A DNA stretch of 64,000 nt, from IMG/VR virus record IMGVR_UViG_3300028394_002328, positions 248,001 to 312,000 of that record. The stretch is one strand, 5' to 3'. The notes beneath the pieces were generated by a model. The model saw only the letters and a program-made list of their open reading frames with translations. It was not told the DNA's origin and ran no database searches. Within the stretch, counting starts at the first letter, position 1. Every line of letters begins with the position of its first letter. Below, piece after piece: positions 47,875 to 57,035 of this stretch. The position numbers and the translations under genes are program-made.

Positions 47875-48325
47875 GAGTTAACTCCTCCAATTTTTGTAGA
47901 TAGGCGGCCGCATGACGTTCTTCAACTCGCTTAAGAGCGGCAAAACGTTTTTCTGCCTTAGCTAAAATTTGTGCAAATTGTTCGGCATGCTCTCGGCTTT
48001 CTTCAATTTGTTCACCAAATTCTTTGACTGCATGACCATACATTTCATCGGATGCTTGTCCTTGGAACGTTGGATACATTTCCATGTATTCGTAAGTTTC
48101 CCCTTCAATGGCTTTAGTTAAACATTCTACAGTATTGGGCTTGCCAATAAGTAACTCAAGATGACCCCAAGCATGTTTGAGTTCTTGATCCGCTGTATGC
48201 TCAAAATGTTGGGCAATATCTTCATGCCCTTCTTCACGGGCGATCCGAGCAAAATAGCGATATTTAATATGAGCCATTGATTCGCCTGCCAATGCGCTCT
48301 CTAAGTTCTTAAGTGTGTTTGACAT
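47867..48325 (-). CDS. rubrerythrin
   Basis: AGESMAHIKY, QELKHA, EGETYEY..MYP, ESREH, EERHA. Confidence 0.9.
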   Translation of the reverse strand: MSNTLKNLESALAGESMAHIKYRYFARIAREEGHEDIAQHFEHTADQELKHAWGHLELLIGKPNTVECLTKAIEGETYEYMEMYPTFQGQASDEMYGHAVKEFGEQIEESREHAEQFAQILAKAEKRFAALKRVEERHAAAYLQKLEELTHG

Positions 48326-48356
48326 AATGTCTCCTTTGTGTGTGATGTTATTTAGT

Positions 48357-48382
48357 CAAAAAAGGCCGTGCGGCCCTTTTTA
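48357..48382. terminator. intrinsic terminator
   Basis: A-tract-GGCC-GTGC-GGCC-T-tract. Confidence 0.7.
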
Positions 48383-48397
48383 TCATTTTAAATTAGT

Positions 48398-48952
48398 TTA
48401 AAATGAGTGAGTGTACGCTAGGTTATAGCTGTGATTGAAACTGTCACCACGAACTAGGTCATAACGAAGACCAACACTATCATGTTTGGTAATAGCATAG
48501 CTAACACCGGCACGAGCAGTATGGGTAGTGTCAAGATCACCATTGTTACCAAAACCATTACGGAAACGATAACCAACCTTGGCAGTTAGCTTGTCAAACA
48601 TAGTGTATGTAACGCCCGGCTCGACACTGTAGTAACCAAAATTAGCGCCATTAGTGAACTTTTCACCTGTAGCAACACGGGTGTAAACACCAACTGGGCC
48701 AACTGGTAGTGAACCAGTTAAACCAACTTCAAGACGGTCGCTAAGTGCTTTAGTGCCAGCCTGTTGGTAAGCTGTAAAGCCAATATCACCGGCAAACATT
48801 TTGCCAAATGATTCTTTAACGCTGAGTTGATAGTTGCTGCTGTCGCGGGCACCACGATCACCCTTTTGGATTTGATCTTCAAGGGTAATGCTAGCTGCAT
48901 TGGCTAGACCAGTAACAGCCGCTAGTGCTGCGATTGCGAAAACTTTCTTCAT
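48398..48952 (-). CDS. small outer-membrane beta-barrel (KdgM/porin-like)
   Basis: Signal peptide, amphipathic strands, C-terminal YTHSF. Confidence 0.8.
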   Translation of the reverse strand: MKKVFAIAALAAVTGLANAASITLEDQIQKGDRGARDSSNYQLSVKESFGKMFAGDIGFTAYQQAGTKALSDRLEVGLTGSLPVGPVGVYTRVATGEKFTNGANFGYYSVEPGVTYTMFDKLTAKVGYRFRNGFGNNGDLDTTHTARAGVSYAITKHDSVGLRYDLVRGDSFNHSYNLAYTHSF

Positions 48953-48981
48953 ATAGATATCTCCTTTAAAAAGTTTCATAC

Positions 48982-49010
48982 AGTATATATTTATTCTAAA
49001 GTGGTGTCAA
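48982..49010 (-). promoter_or_regulatory. sigma70 promoter with embedded TAAATA
   Basis: TTGACA-17-TATACT; spacer ends in TAAATA. Confidence 0.75.
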
Positions 49011-49059
49011 TATAATTTTTACCCATAAAAAATGTATAAATATTAAAAAAGGACAATAT

Positions 49060-49686
49060 ATGAGTGAGATTGTAATACCTTCAATTCGTGAAACATTGCG
49101 TATACAACGTTGGGACGATCATAGATATTATCATCATAGCAGAATTAATCAATTCTTACATTTGATTTCGGCTACTAGTTTCTTAGTAGCATATGTATAT
49201 TTGTTTGTCAACCCCGTAATCTCATCTTACATTGCTTGGTTTGTAGCTATGACTACACGCCAAATTGGGCATTTCTTTTTTGAACCCGATGGTTACGATG
49301 AATATAACAAGGCCACTTTTGAATACAAAGAAAAGATAAAAGTTGGATTCAATCTCAAACGTAAACGAGTGTTACTAGCATGTTGGGCAGCAGTACCTAT
49401 ACTAGCTTACTTTGATGCCGAACTTTTTAACTTTATCATGCCCGATGCTAGCCCAGATACACTGTTTAATCGTATTGGGTGGGGTTGGTTATGGTTGGGT
49501 GTAGCAGGTGTAGTATTTAGAATGATTCAACTTACTGCTATTGAAAGTCGCCGTACTGCTATCACTTGGTGTATTAAGATCATTACAGATCCATTCCACG
49601 ATGTCGTTATCTATCGTAAAAGTCCACTATATTTAATGCAGGGACAACTCATTGACCCCGACTTAAGACAAGACTACGAAGATTAA
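49060..49686 (+). CDS. Mpo1/DUF962-like membrane protein
   Basis: HRYYHHSRINQFLH, RQIGHFFFE, several TMs. Confidence 0.7.
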   Translation: MSEIVIPSIRETLRIQRWDDHRYYHHSRINQFLHLISATSFLVAYVYLFVNPVISSYIAWFVAMTTRQIGHFFFEPDGYDEYNKATFEYKEKIKVGFNLKRKRVLLACWAAVPILAYFDAELFNFIMPDASPDTLFNRIGWGWLWLGVAGVVFRMIQLTAIESRRTAITWCIKIITDPFHDVVIYRKSPLYLMQGQLIDPDLRQDYED

Positions 49687-50321
49687 TTTTCAAGACTTAG
49701 ATATTAAATAACTGATGTACTATTTAGAATTGCCTAATTTTCCAACAGATGTGTTGACCGAGCAGTATCAACGTCCAGGCTCGTATGATATTAAAGTTAA
49801 TTATTGGAATGTTAAAATAGAATTTTTTAAAAAACAGATAATTGATTTTTTTGTAAGTCATAATCTAGAATTAAAAGATGGAGAAATATTTAAGAAAAGT
49901 CCCGGAATAATAGGTATTGTTCATACTGATGTTGTTTGGGATAGTTTTCAATCTGCATGGACCCGTTGGCATTGTGCTGTTAATATTAACCTTGACAACA
50001 CTAATTCATTGATGTATTGGTTTTCAACTACCGATACTGAAGTGTATCCCATGCCAGGAGCAACTGGATTAAGAGGAATTCATTATGGCACTAAAAATAA
50101 TAACAACTTTCATGACCGTGATGAATATACAGTCCTCGATAGTTTTTGCATTAATGGTCCAACGCTAGTAAGAACCAGTGTTCCTCACTTGGTTAAGAAT
50201 TTAGATAATAAAGATCGGTGGTGCCTTAGTCTAAGATTTAAGGGAAACCCAACTTTTGAAGAATGTGCTAAGAAATTGCTCCTTTAAAGTGATCTACGCC
50301 AAGACTACGAAGATTAATTTT
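49669..50321. repeat. 22-bp direct repeat flanking a single-gene cassette
   Basis: CAAGACTACGAAGATTAATTTT at 49669-49690 and 50300-50321. Confidence 0.9.
49715..50287 (+). CDS. cupin/2OG-Fe(II) oxygenase-like protein
   Basis: VHTD...AVNIN...VPHLVKN...RWCLSLRF. Confidence 0.6.
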   Translation: MYYLELPNFPTDVLTEQYQRPGSYDIKVNYWNVKIEFFKKQIIDFFVSHNLELKDGEIFKKSPGIIGIVHTDVVWDSFQSAWTRWHCAVNINLDNTNSLMYWFSTTDTEVYPMPGATGLRGIHYGTKNNNNFHDRDEYTVLDSFCINGPTLVRTSVPHLVKNLDNKDRWCLSLRFKGNPTFEECAKKLLL

Positions 50322-50667
50322 TAGACATTGACCCAATTTTATTGGGTACATTCATTCTGTCTTCAATAACAGCAATATGCTGACGATTCTCAGCAATCAT
50401 GTCACGGTTACGTTGAATCTCTTTTTCGAGGTCTTGACGTAACTTTTCACGGGCAAGTTCTGCTCCTGAATTGTTGGCCTGTTTGTTATCGCTAGTAACT
50501 ACTAGAGAAATCTTACCATTCAATATGGTAACGTCATGACTGAGGTTCTGTAGGGCACTCATTAGGTACACTACACATGAGAATAACAACGGTAATAGTG
50601 CAAAACTAATCTTTTCAATTAGTTGGCTTTTGGCGTGTGCTTGATCAACTTTTTCCTGCATATCCAT
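50314..50667 (-). CDS. membrane-anchored coiled-coil protein
   Basis: TM plus coiled coil. Confidence 0.7.
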   Translation of the reverse strand: MDMQEKVDQAHAKSQLIEKISFALLPLLFSCVVYLMSALQNLSHDVTILNGKISLVVTSDNKQANNSGAELAREKLRQDLEKEIQRNRDMIAENRQHIAVIEDRMNVPNKIGSMSKN

Positions 50668-50702
50668 AATCTCCTCTTTTAACTATTTATTAAAATAGTA
50701 TA

Positions 50703-51323
50703 TTATTTACCAGCCAGTGGGTTGTCCATGGCTTTTTGAATCTTTTGATCAACTTCACGCTTTAGTGTTTCCACTTCACGATTGATTTCTCTACGGGCAG
50801 TAGTAAACTCTGAATTAATCTCTTTACGAGTTTGTTCCATATCTTTGCGTATGGTAGCAGCCTCACTACGGGCTCTTTCTAAATCTTCACGCACTGCTTT
50901 ACGCATATCACGCATTTCTTGTTCAGTTTCACGCTGTGCTTGTTTAACGCTGCGTTCTACTTGTTCTGTAACACTTTCATTACGACGGATATCATTCTTT
51001 AAATCGTTTTTGATATCTCTAGTATAGTCACTGGTCTTGCCTGAATTTTCTTCCATCACGGCCAATCGTTTATCAAAGCCCGACAGATCAGGAGCAGTGT
51101 ATTCAGAAATCTTTTTCTTCATACTTTGATAGTCTTTATATACTTCAAAACAGCCATATAAGCCACCCAATGTACTACTAACAATAGTAAATGCTACCAT
51201 AAGTTTAGCAGGGGTAAATTCATAGCCACCAATACTAATTACAGTATCTTTGCTAGCATATTTTTTTACTGCGGCTTCGGCGTCATCAATCTTAGCGTCT
51301 ACGCTTTTAATTTCTTCAGTCAT
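50703..51323 (-). CDS. membrane-anchored coiled-coil protein
   Basis: Single TM, long helical repeats. Confidence 0.75.
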   Translation of the reverse strand: MTEEIKSVDAKIDDAEAAVKKYASKDTVISIGGYEFTPAKLMVAFTIVSSTLGGLYGCFEVYKDYQSMKKKISEYTAPDLSGFDKRLAVMEENSGKTSDYTRDIKNDLKNDIRRNESVTEQVERSVKQAQRETEQEMRDMRKAVREDLERARSEAATIRKDMEQTRKEINSEFTTARREINREVETLKREVDQKIQKAMDNPLAGK

Positions 51324-51324
51324 A

Positions 51325-53706
51325 TTATCTCCTATACTGTTGTTCTATCATCTGTTGATGTAAACGGTCTGTTGATAACTGTCTTAACGCTCTAGCATTA
51401 TCAACTGGGGTTTGGTTCTTATAGATTTCTTTTGGCTCATACATTTTGCCATCTTTAAGCATCAAATTAGTGTAGTTACTATAGCCAATTGGAGTAGTAG
51501 CCATCTTATTAATATCCACATTACCTGCTAGTTCATTTGCTGCGACATTAGTTTTTACTTTTTGATTTGACTCCGTAGTAGAATTTGTAGTTACAATTGG
51601 TTTTGTTTCAACTACTTCATTAAGTGGGTCTGTGCGATTAGTCATAAAGCCTGCCGTACTGCTAACCTGTTCTACTTCTGTTTGTCTAGTAAAACTCACT
51701 TGCTGTGATGTGGTCTGCTGCTGTTCAACAGGTGCTGCTGCCATAGCATAAAACAAGGTGTTCTGCGGTTGTACATAGGCAAACGTCATAAAAGATTGTT
51801 GATCGGTTGAAGATTGTGAAAATACAGGTGTATTTGATGTAGTAATGATTGGAGTTACTGCGGTCGCCACTGTTGTATTAGCAGATTTGTTAGGTTGCGG
51901 GGGTAGACTACTTGTTACTGTAATTTGAACAGGTTGAGTTGATTGTACCCTGTTAAAATAAGTTTGAGCAGCAGATATCATGCTATATTGTGAATCATTA
52001 GCCGTTGTTGTAGTAGATGACACAGTAGTAACTACGGGTGTAGATACTCTCAATGGGGCGGTTTGAACAGTTGTTGCCACAGTGGCAGATTTATTTTCGT
52101 TATTAAGGGGTGCTGCATTAACCATTGATAGACCTGATTGCGCTTGGCTAACAGGCGCACTCGCAGTGGCAGTGTTGGTTTGTCTTTGAGTCTGTACTGA
52201 TGCATTGGACAGTGTTTGGCTCATTGTAACTGCGGCTGTAGCAACTGACACAGCCTGTTGTTGAGCCTTGTCACCGGCCGCTGTTGCTTCTGTTGTAGCC
52301 ATTTGTACTGCGGAATTTTGTATTGCCTGTTCACGCTGTTGATTCTTAGCAATTATACTTAATGCTGCTGCTACAGTTTTGGATTGAGGACTGCCTTTGG
52401 CTGCTGTAGTATTGCTTGTTTGCTGTGGTGTTGATTGAGCAATATTGGCAGTGGTAACAGCAGAAGTACTAGCTGTGGGTGGTTCCGCTATTGGAGTGGA
52501 TGTTGTATTACTGGTACTAAGTTTGGCAGCCATTGCTTGAGCAAAGCCACTACAATCGGGACTATATAGTGGGTTCTTAACACAAGGATCTGGTGTATAA
52601 ATCAGACTCATTGAATAATTGCCAATTGAAGAACCTATACCAGATGCCCCACCTGAAAGTCTAATATTACCAAGTGCGGATTGATTCATGCTACTTGATA
52701 GTAGTAGTTGTGAATTTACTGTTCCACTAGTGCCTTCACTATTGAAACTATGATTTCTTGAAATTATGGTTTGATTACTGCTATTGGTCATTGAGGCACT
52801 AGCACTGACATATGCTGGAGTGTTCATCACCCAACTACACCCATCTTGATTCCAAGCAGTACATCCAAAGAACCCTTGCCCCACTGTATAATCAAATTTA
52901 TAATTAAAGCCATGTACTGTAGCACCAAACCCAGCACTTTTTAATGCTGTGTTAATAGCAACTACTTGAGTCATTGAAGTAGATACAGCATCAGGATTTG
53001 GGGCAAGATTACCGGTAGTTATTATGTTACCAAATCCCGAGCAAATAGAACTGTAAGCAGGATTTAATTTACAAGGATCTACAGTGTATAGTAAATTAAA
53101 GCTATCAACATGTACTCTAGGCCCATAATATCCTGCCCAGTTGTTTTGATCCTTACCAGTAAAACTAACGGTTATACTACTAGCTGAGGCGATATCGTAG
53201 CGATTATTAAAAAATTGTGTACCCGAAAAAGTAGTAAAGTTTGGCAAGTTTTGATTATAGTCATAATTGAAACTTTCTACAATGTTACCAGTACTACCTT
53301 TTAAGGAAACGTTGCCGGTTAAAGTTCCTCTATTACCCTGATAATTATTGAGGTCATTATTGATTTGCCACTGATAACGATATCCACTAAGTTGGACTCC
53401 TGCTCCAGAATTTGCCAATGCCTGATTAATCGCAATTGTTTGACTTACTGTACGAGGAGCATTGCTAAAAATAATATTACCCGTCGAGGGATTATATGCG
53501 GGTGTAGGTCCACCACTCGTTCCACCTGCCTCACCAGTAACGGTATTGTTCCAAGGTAGTCCACCGCCCAAATTCAGTATATTGTTAGTACTGTTTAGGT
53601 TTAGACCTGTAACAGGGTCTATATTTTGACTATTAGTGGAAGCCGAATAACTTGAAAGCAACAATGCCCAACAAGCTACCGAGACCAATTTTCTTAAGGG
53701 TGTCAT
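51325..53706 (-). CDS. large secreted protein with DPC-x2-NP-x-YS-x2-C-x-G repeats and S/T/Q/A-rich stalk
   Basis: Signal peptide; two beta-rich domains, each ending in a DPC..C motif. Confidence 0.75.
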   Translation of the reverse strand: MTPLRKLVSVACWALLLSSYSASTNSQNIDPVTGLNLNSTNNILNLGGGLPWNNTVTGEAGGTSGGPTPAYNPSTGNIIFSNAPRTVSQTIAINQALANSGAGVQLSGYRYQWQINNDLNNYQGNRGTLTGNVSLKGSTGNIVESFNYDYNQNLPNFTTFSGTQFFNNRYDIASASSITVSFTGKDQNNWAGYYGPRVHVDSFNLLYTVDPCKLNPAYSSICSGFGNIITTGNLAPNPDAVSTSMTQVVAINTALKSAGFGATVHGFNYKFDYTVGQGFFGCTAWNQDGCSWVMNTPAYVSASASMTNSSNQTIISRNHSFNSEGTSGTVNSQLLLSSSMNQSALGNIRLSGGASGIGSSIGNYSMSLIYTPDPCVKNPLYSPDCSGFAQAMAAKLSTSNTTSTPIAEPPTASTSAVTTANIAQSTPQQTSNTTAAKGSPQSKTVAAALSIIAKNQQREQAIQNSAVQMATTEATAAGDKAQQQAVSVATAAVTMSQTLSNASVQTQRQTNTATASAPVSQAQSGLSMVNAAPLNNENKSATVATTVQTAPLRVSTPVVTTVSSTTTTANDSQYSMISAAQTYFNRVQSTQPVQITVTSSLPPQPNKSANTTVATAVTPIITTSNTPVFSQSSTDQQSFMTFAYVQPQNTLFYAMAAAPVEQQQTTSQQVSFTRQTEVEQVSSTAGFMTNRTDPLNEVVETKPIVTTNSTTESNQKVKTNVAANELAGNVDINKMATTPIGYSNYTNLMLKDGKMYEPKEIYKNQTPVDNARALRQLSTDRLHQQMIEQQYRR

Positions 53707-55159
53707 CTTCTTTTACCTCTACTGCCACTGGCATTTTTTCTGGGTTGGCTTCCCATGCTGCTCGTGCCGCATCTCCAATTTTACCTTCATACGGGCAAGG
53801 TGTGCCTGCGCTCCACATAGCATCAAACACACGGCGATCCTGACACATTGTGGCAACTGCTGCTACCTTCATACCCATATCGTAAAGTGTTTTGGCTAAC
53901 TTTAGTCTTTCGCAATTAACATCTCTAATAGTAGAACCACTACTAACACCAAAGATTTGTGTTTGAACAGCACCACTTACACCAGTGGTACATAGGTCAG
54001 CATTACCACCACTCATCATAGTAGGAGCGATTGCTGTAGGAGGGGGTTGTATAACTCTTTGTGTAATCTCTGACGAATTAATATTTCGGTTAGTCATGTC
54101 ACCAGTTTGTACATTTTGGTTGACATTGTTACTATTATTAGTATTACTACTAGTACTTGAACTTAAACTAGTGTTTACATTGTTATTGTTGTTGGTCATT
54201 GTACCTGAGTTAATGTTATTATTGGTATTAACATTACTGTTTGTGCTGGTGCTGTTATTAATATTTCTATTAGTCATGCTGCCACTAGTGATATTATTGT
54301 TAGTATTAACAGCAGTGCTAGTGCTTGCATTGTTATTGTTATAAGTCATTGTGCCAGTATTAACATTCACGTTTCTGTTAGTACTTGTGCTGGTACTAAC
54401 ATTATTATTGTTATTGGTCATCGTACCATAATTGTAATTGGTACTGTTATTAGTATTGACATTTCTGCTTGTACTAGTATTAACATTTTTATTGACATTA
54501 TTGCTAGTACTAGCGTTATTGTTATTGTATGTCATTGTACCGCTGTTGATATTGTTGTTGGTATTGACATTGTTACTAGTACTAGTGCTGGTACTGGCAT
54601 TATTGTTATTGTATGTCATTGTACCTGAATTAATATTGTTATTGGTATTGACACTGGTACTTGTGTTGGTATTGATATTACGGTTAGTCATATCACCACT
54701 ATTGACATTATTGTTGTTATATGTCATTGTACCACTATTAACATTGTTATTGGTATTAACACTAGTACTAACGTTATTATTGTTGTTAGTCATTGTTCCA
54801 GTGTTCACATTGTTATTGTTATAAGTAACAGTTCCGCTGTTAACATTGTTATTGTTATTGTTATAAGTAACAGTTCCGCTGTTGACATTGTTGTTGGTAA
54901 CCGTACCGCTTTGGATATTATTATTTGTATTAACGCTGGTATTGACGTTATTGCTGTTGCTGTTTACTGTACTAGTGCTCGTACTATTGCTGCTACTAGT
55001 ACTGGTATTTGTTGTATTGACACTGCTGGTACTATTACTAGTGCTATTAGTATCCACCAAAGTTTTAGAATCATAACTACCTTGATTAATTAAAGTTTGA
55101 CTATAGGCCGTACCCGTAAAAAAGACGATACTGGTAGATACCAATATTTTTTTAAGCAT
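53633..55159 (-). CDS. secreted Asn/Thr-rich repeat protein with Cys-rich C-terminal domain and TM tail
   Basis: Signal peptide; repeats such as NNNNVNSGTMTY; domain with four Cys; hydrophobic C-terminus. Confidence 0.8.
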   Translation of the reverse strand: MLKKILVSTSIVFFTGTAYSQTLINQGSYDSKTLVDTNSTSNSTSSVNTTNTSTSSSNSTSTSTVNSNSNNVNTSVNTNNNIQSGTVTNNNVNSGTVTYNNNNNNVNSGTVTYNNNNVNTGTMTNNNNNVSTSVNTNNNVNSGTMTYNNNNVNSGDMTNRNINTNTSTSVNTNNNINSGTMTYNNNNASTSTSTSNNVNTNNNINSGTMTYNNNNASTSNNVNKNVNTSTSRNVNTNNSTNYNYGTMTNNNNNVSTSTSTNRNVNVNTGTMTYNNNNASTSTAVNTNNNITSGSMTNRNINNSTSTNSNVNTNNNINSGTMTNNNNNVNTSLSSSTSSNTNNSNNVNQNVQTGDMTNRNINSSEITQRVIQPPPTAIAPTMMSGGNADLCTTGVSGAVQTQIFGVSSGSTIRDVNCERLKLAKTLYDMGMKVAAVATMCQDRRVFDAMWSAGTPCPYEGKIGDAARAAWEANPEKMPVAVEVKEDDTLKKIGLGSLLGIVAFKLFGFH

Positions 55160-55210
55160 AAACTTTTCCCCTATTGTTAGAGAAGTTACTTAATATTTAC
55201 TCGGTTACCA

Positions 55211-56212
55211 TTAACATTTATCTACTAAGTTATCTCTAAATATACGCCAACACTCTTCCCAACTCCAACGTAGACTAGCTTCTTCTACACGAACACGATC
55301 TAATCGCAAACATTGGTCAATAGCAGTCTTTAAATCCTCATCCATATAACCTGTTAGTCCCTGATCTATAACATCTTTAGGTCCAGTTACTGGATATGCT
55401 GCTACTGGTGTGCCACAAGCCATAGCTTCAATCATTACTATACCAAACGTATCCCAATAACTAGGGAATACGAATACATCAGCATCGGCGTAATACTTAG
55501 CTAGTTCTGCCCCACGTTTTACTCCTACGAATTCAACATCAGGATATTCACGCTCCATACGACGGCGGCATGGACCATCACCTACGACTATTTTGGTAGC
55601 ACTTGGATAGTATAATCTACAAAAATCATCTAAGTTTTTTTCTTTGCTGACACGCCCTACATTTAACAATATGGGCTGTGATAGTTCTGTAGCAGTTCTA
55701 GTGCTGCTGCTAAATATGGTACGATCAACCCCGCGAGTCCAAGGCTTGATGTCGGTTCTAAATCCACGACTAGCCAAATCATCAACCATGCTTTGTGTAG
55801 TGGTCAGTACACGACCACTATGTTTATGAAACCAACGCAAGTAACGATAACTCCAGTCAGTGGGTATGCCTGCAATTTTGTTTATGGCTTCGGGGAAACG
55901 AGTATGGTAGCTAGTATTATAACGCCATCCCCAATAGTCCATCCAGCAACGGGCAGCAAAGCCCACTGGACCTTCTGTAGCAATGTGTATGTAGTCGGGA
56001 TTTACTTTTTCAATAATCCTGCCAATGCCCCAGGTCCAACTAAGTTTGATTTCACCATAGCCAGGACAGGGAATATTAACAAACTGCCGGGGATCAAGAT
56101 AAACAAAATCATAGCCATCCCGCTCAGCCAAAACTTCCAGGTTATGAAAGGTAGTAACAACACCATTAACCTGCGTTGGTTCATTGTCGGTTATGATTAA
56201 TACTGTCTTCAT
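55211..56212 (-). CDS. GT4 glycosyltransferase, Agt-like diacylglycerol glycosyltransferase
   Basis: TD...QVNGVV, HIATEGPVG, SYHTRFPE, VGRVSKEKN, DTFGIVMIEAMACGTPV. Confidence 0.85.
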   Translation of the reverse strand: MKTVLIITDNEPTQVNGVVTTFHNLEVLAERDGYDFVYLDPRQFVNIPCPGYGEIKLSWTWGIGRIIEKVNPDYIHIATEGPVGFAARCWMDYWGWRYNTSYHTRFPEAINKIAGIPTDWSYRYLRWFHKHSGRVLTTTQSMVDDLASRGFRTDIKPWTRGVDRTIFSSSTRTATELSQPILLNVGRVSKEKNLDDFCRLYYPSATKIVVGDGPCRRRMEREYPDVEFVGVKRGAELAKYYADADVFVFPSYWDTFGIVMIEAMACGTPVAAYPVTGPKDVIDQGLTGYMDEDLKTAIDQCLRLDRVRVEEASLRWSWEECWRIFRDNLVDKC

Positions 56213-56966
56213 TTTCACGCACCTCTGCCCATGTTACGATTTCCCAGCGACCATCCCAATGTTCAACTAGTGCTGTACAACTTTCACACCAGTCACCATC
56301 GTTCATGTAGATTACGCCGTTGATTTCTTTGATTTCAGCCTTATGTATATGCCCACAGATCACACCATCGTAGCCCTTCTTTTTGCAATAACCGGCTAGA
56401 TTTTGTTCAAATTGAAACATAAAGTCTACCGCTTTTTTGACCCGGTGCTTAAGGTACAAGCTAAGGCTCCAGTAGCCAAAACCCAAACGATGACGAATCC
56501 AATTGAATTTAGTATTGATATTGAGTACGCAGTCATATGCTTTGTCTCCTAATATGCTGAGCCAAGGGGCCAGCCTAGTAATACCATCAAATAAATCACC
56601 ATGAACTACAAGATACCTTTTTCCATCTATACCGGTGTGAATAGCCTGATTACAGATTTTAATACGACCAAAACTAACACCATATGGTATAAGTGGGCGT
56701 AAAAATTCATCATGATTGCCTGCCACATAAACTACTTGTGTTCCGCGTTTGGCATGACCTAATACACGGCGAATTACATTGGTATGACTTTGATGCCACT
56801 TTAGAGTGTTCTGTTTCATTTTCCACGCATCTATAATATCGCCTACTAGATACAACGTTTCGCAACTATTATGTTTTAAAAAGTTGTTTAGATAGTCTGC
56901 TTTACAGGCTTTAGTACCGAGGTGTACATCACTAATAGAGATTGTACGGTAAGTTGTTTGCGGCAT
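56181..56966 (-). CDS. PlcP-like Mn-dependent phospholipase C (LpxH/YbbF metallophosphoesterase family)
   Basis: SDVHLG, LVGDIID, GNHDEFLR, HGDLFD, GYWSLS, CGHIH, NDGDWCESCTAL. Confidence 0.85.
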   Translation of the reverse strand: MPQTTYRTISISDVHLGTKACKADYLNNFLKHNSCETLYLVGDIIDAWKMKQNTLKWHQSHTNVIRRVLGHAKRGTQVVYVAGNHDEFLRPLIPYGVSFGRIKICNQAIHTGIDGKRYLVVHGDLFDGITRLAPWLSILGDKAYDCVLNINTKFNWIRHRLGFGYWSLSLYLKHRVKKAVDFMFQFEQNLAGYCKKKGYDGVICGHIHKAEIKEINGVIYMNDGDWCESCTALVEHWDGRWEIVTWAEVRENEDSINHNRQ

Positions 56967-56971
56967 AATAC

Positions 56972-57006
56972 TATTTAATGTTTAATATATTACAAAGCTG
57001 TTACAA
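56972..57006 (-). promoter_or_regulatory. Pho-box-like repeat plus TAAATA promoter (plcP-agt)
   Basis: TGTAAC-N5-TGTAAT-N11-TAAATA. Confidence 0.75.
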
Positions 57007-57010
57007 TCAT

Positions 57011-57035
57011 AAAAAAAGAGCCATATGGCCCTTTA
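57011..57035 (-). terminator. intrinsic terminator
   Basis: AAAGGGCC-ATAT-GGCTCTTTTTTT. Confidence 0.75.

Noticed and set aside
53985-55093. Plus-strand Leu/Val-rich ORFs resembling membrane proteins
   Set aside because: Antisense shadows of the Asn/Thr codon repeats in 53633-55159.
55160-55230. Pho box upstream of the Asn-rich gene
   Set aside because: TAAATA is present but there is no 11-bp-period TGTAAY repeat.
56181-56966. LpxH lipid A biosynthesis enzyme
   Set aside because: Same superfamily, but the GNHD and GDW.ESCTAL motifs, GT4 neighbour and Pho context fit PlcP better. A phylogeny is still needed.
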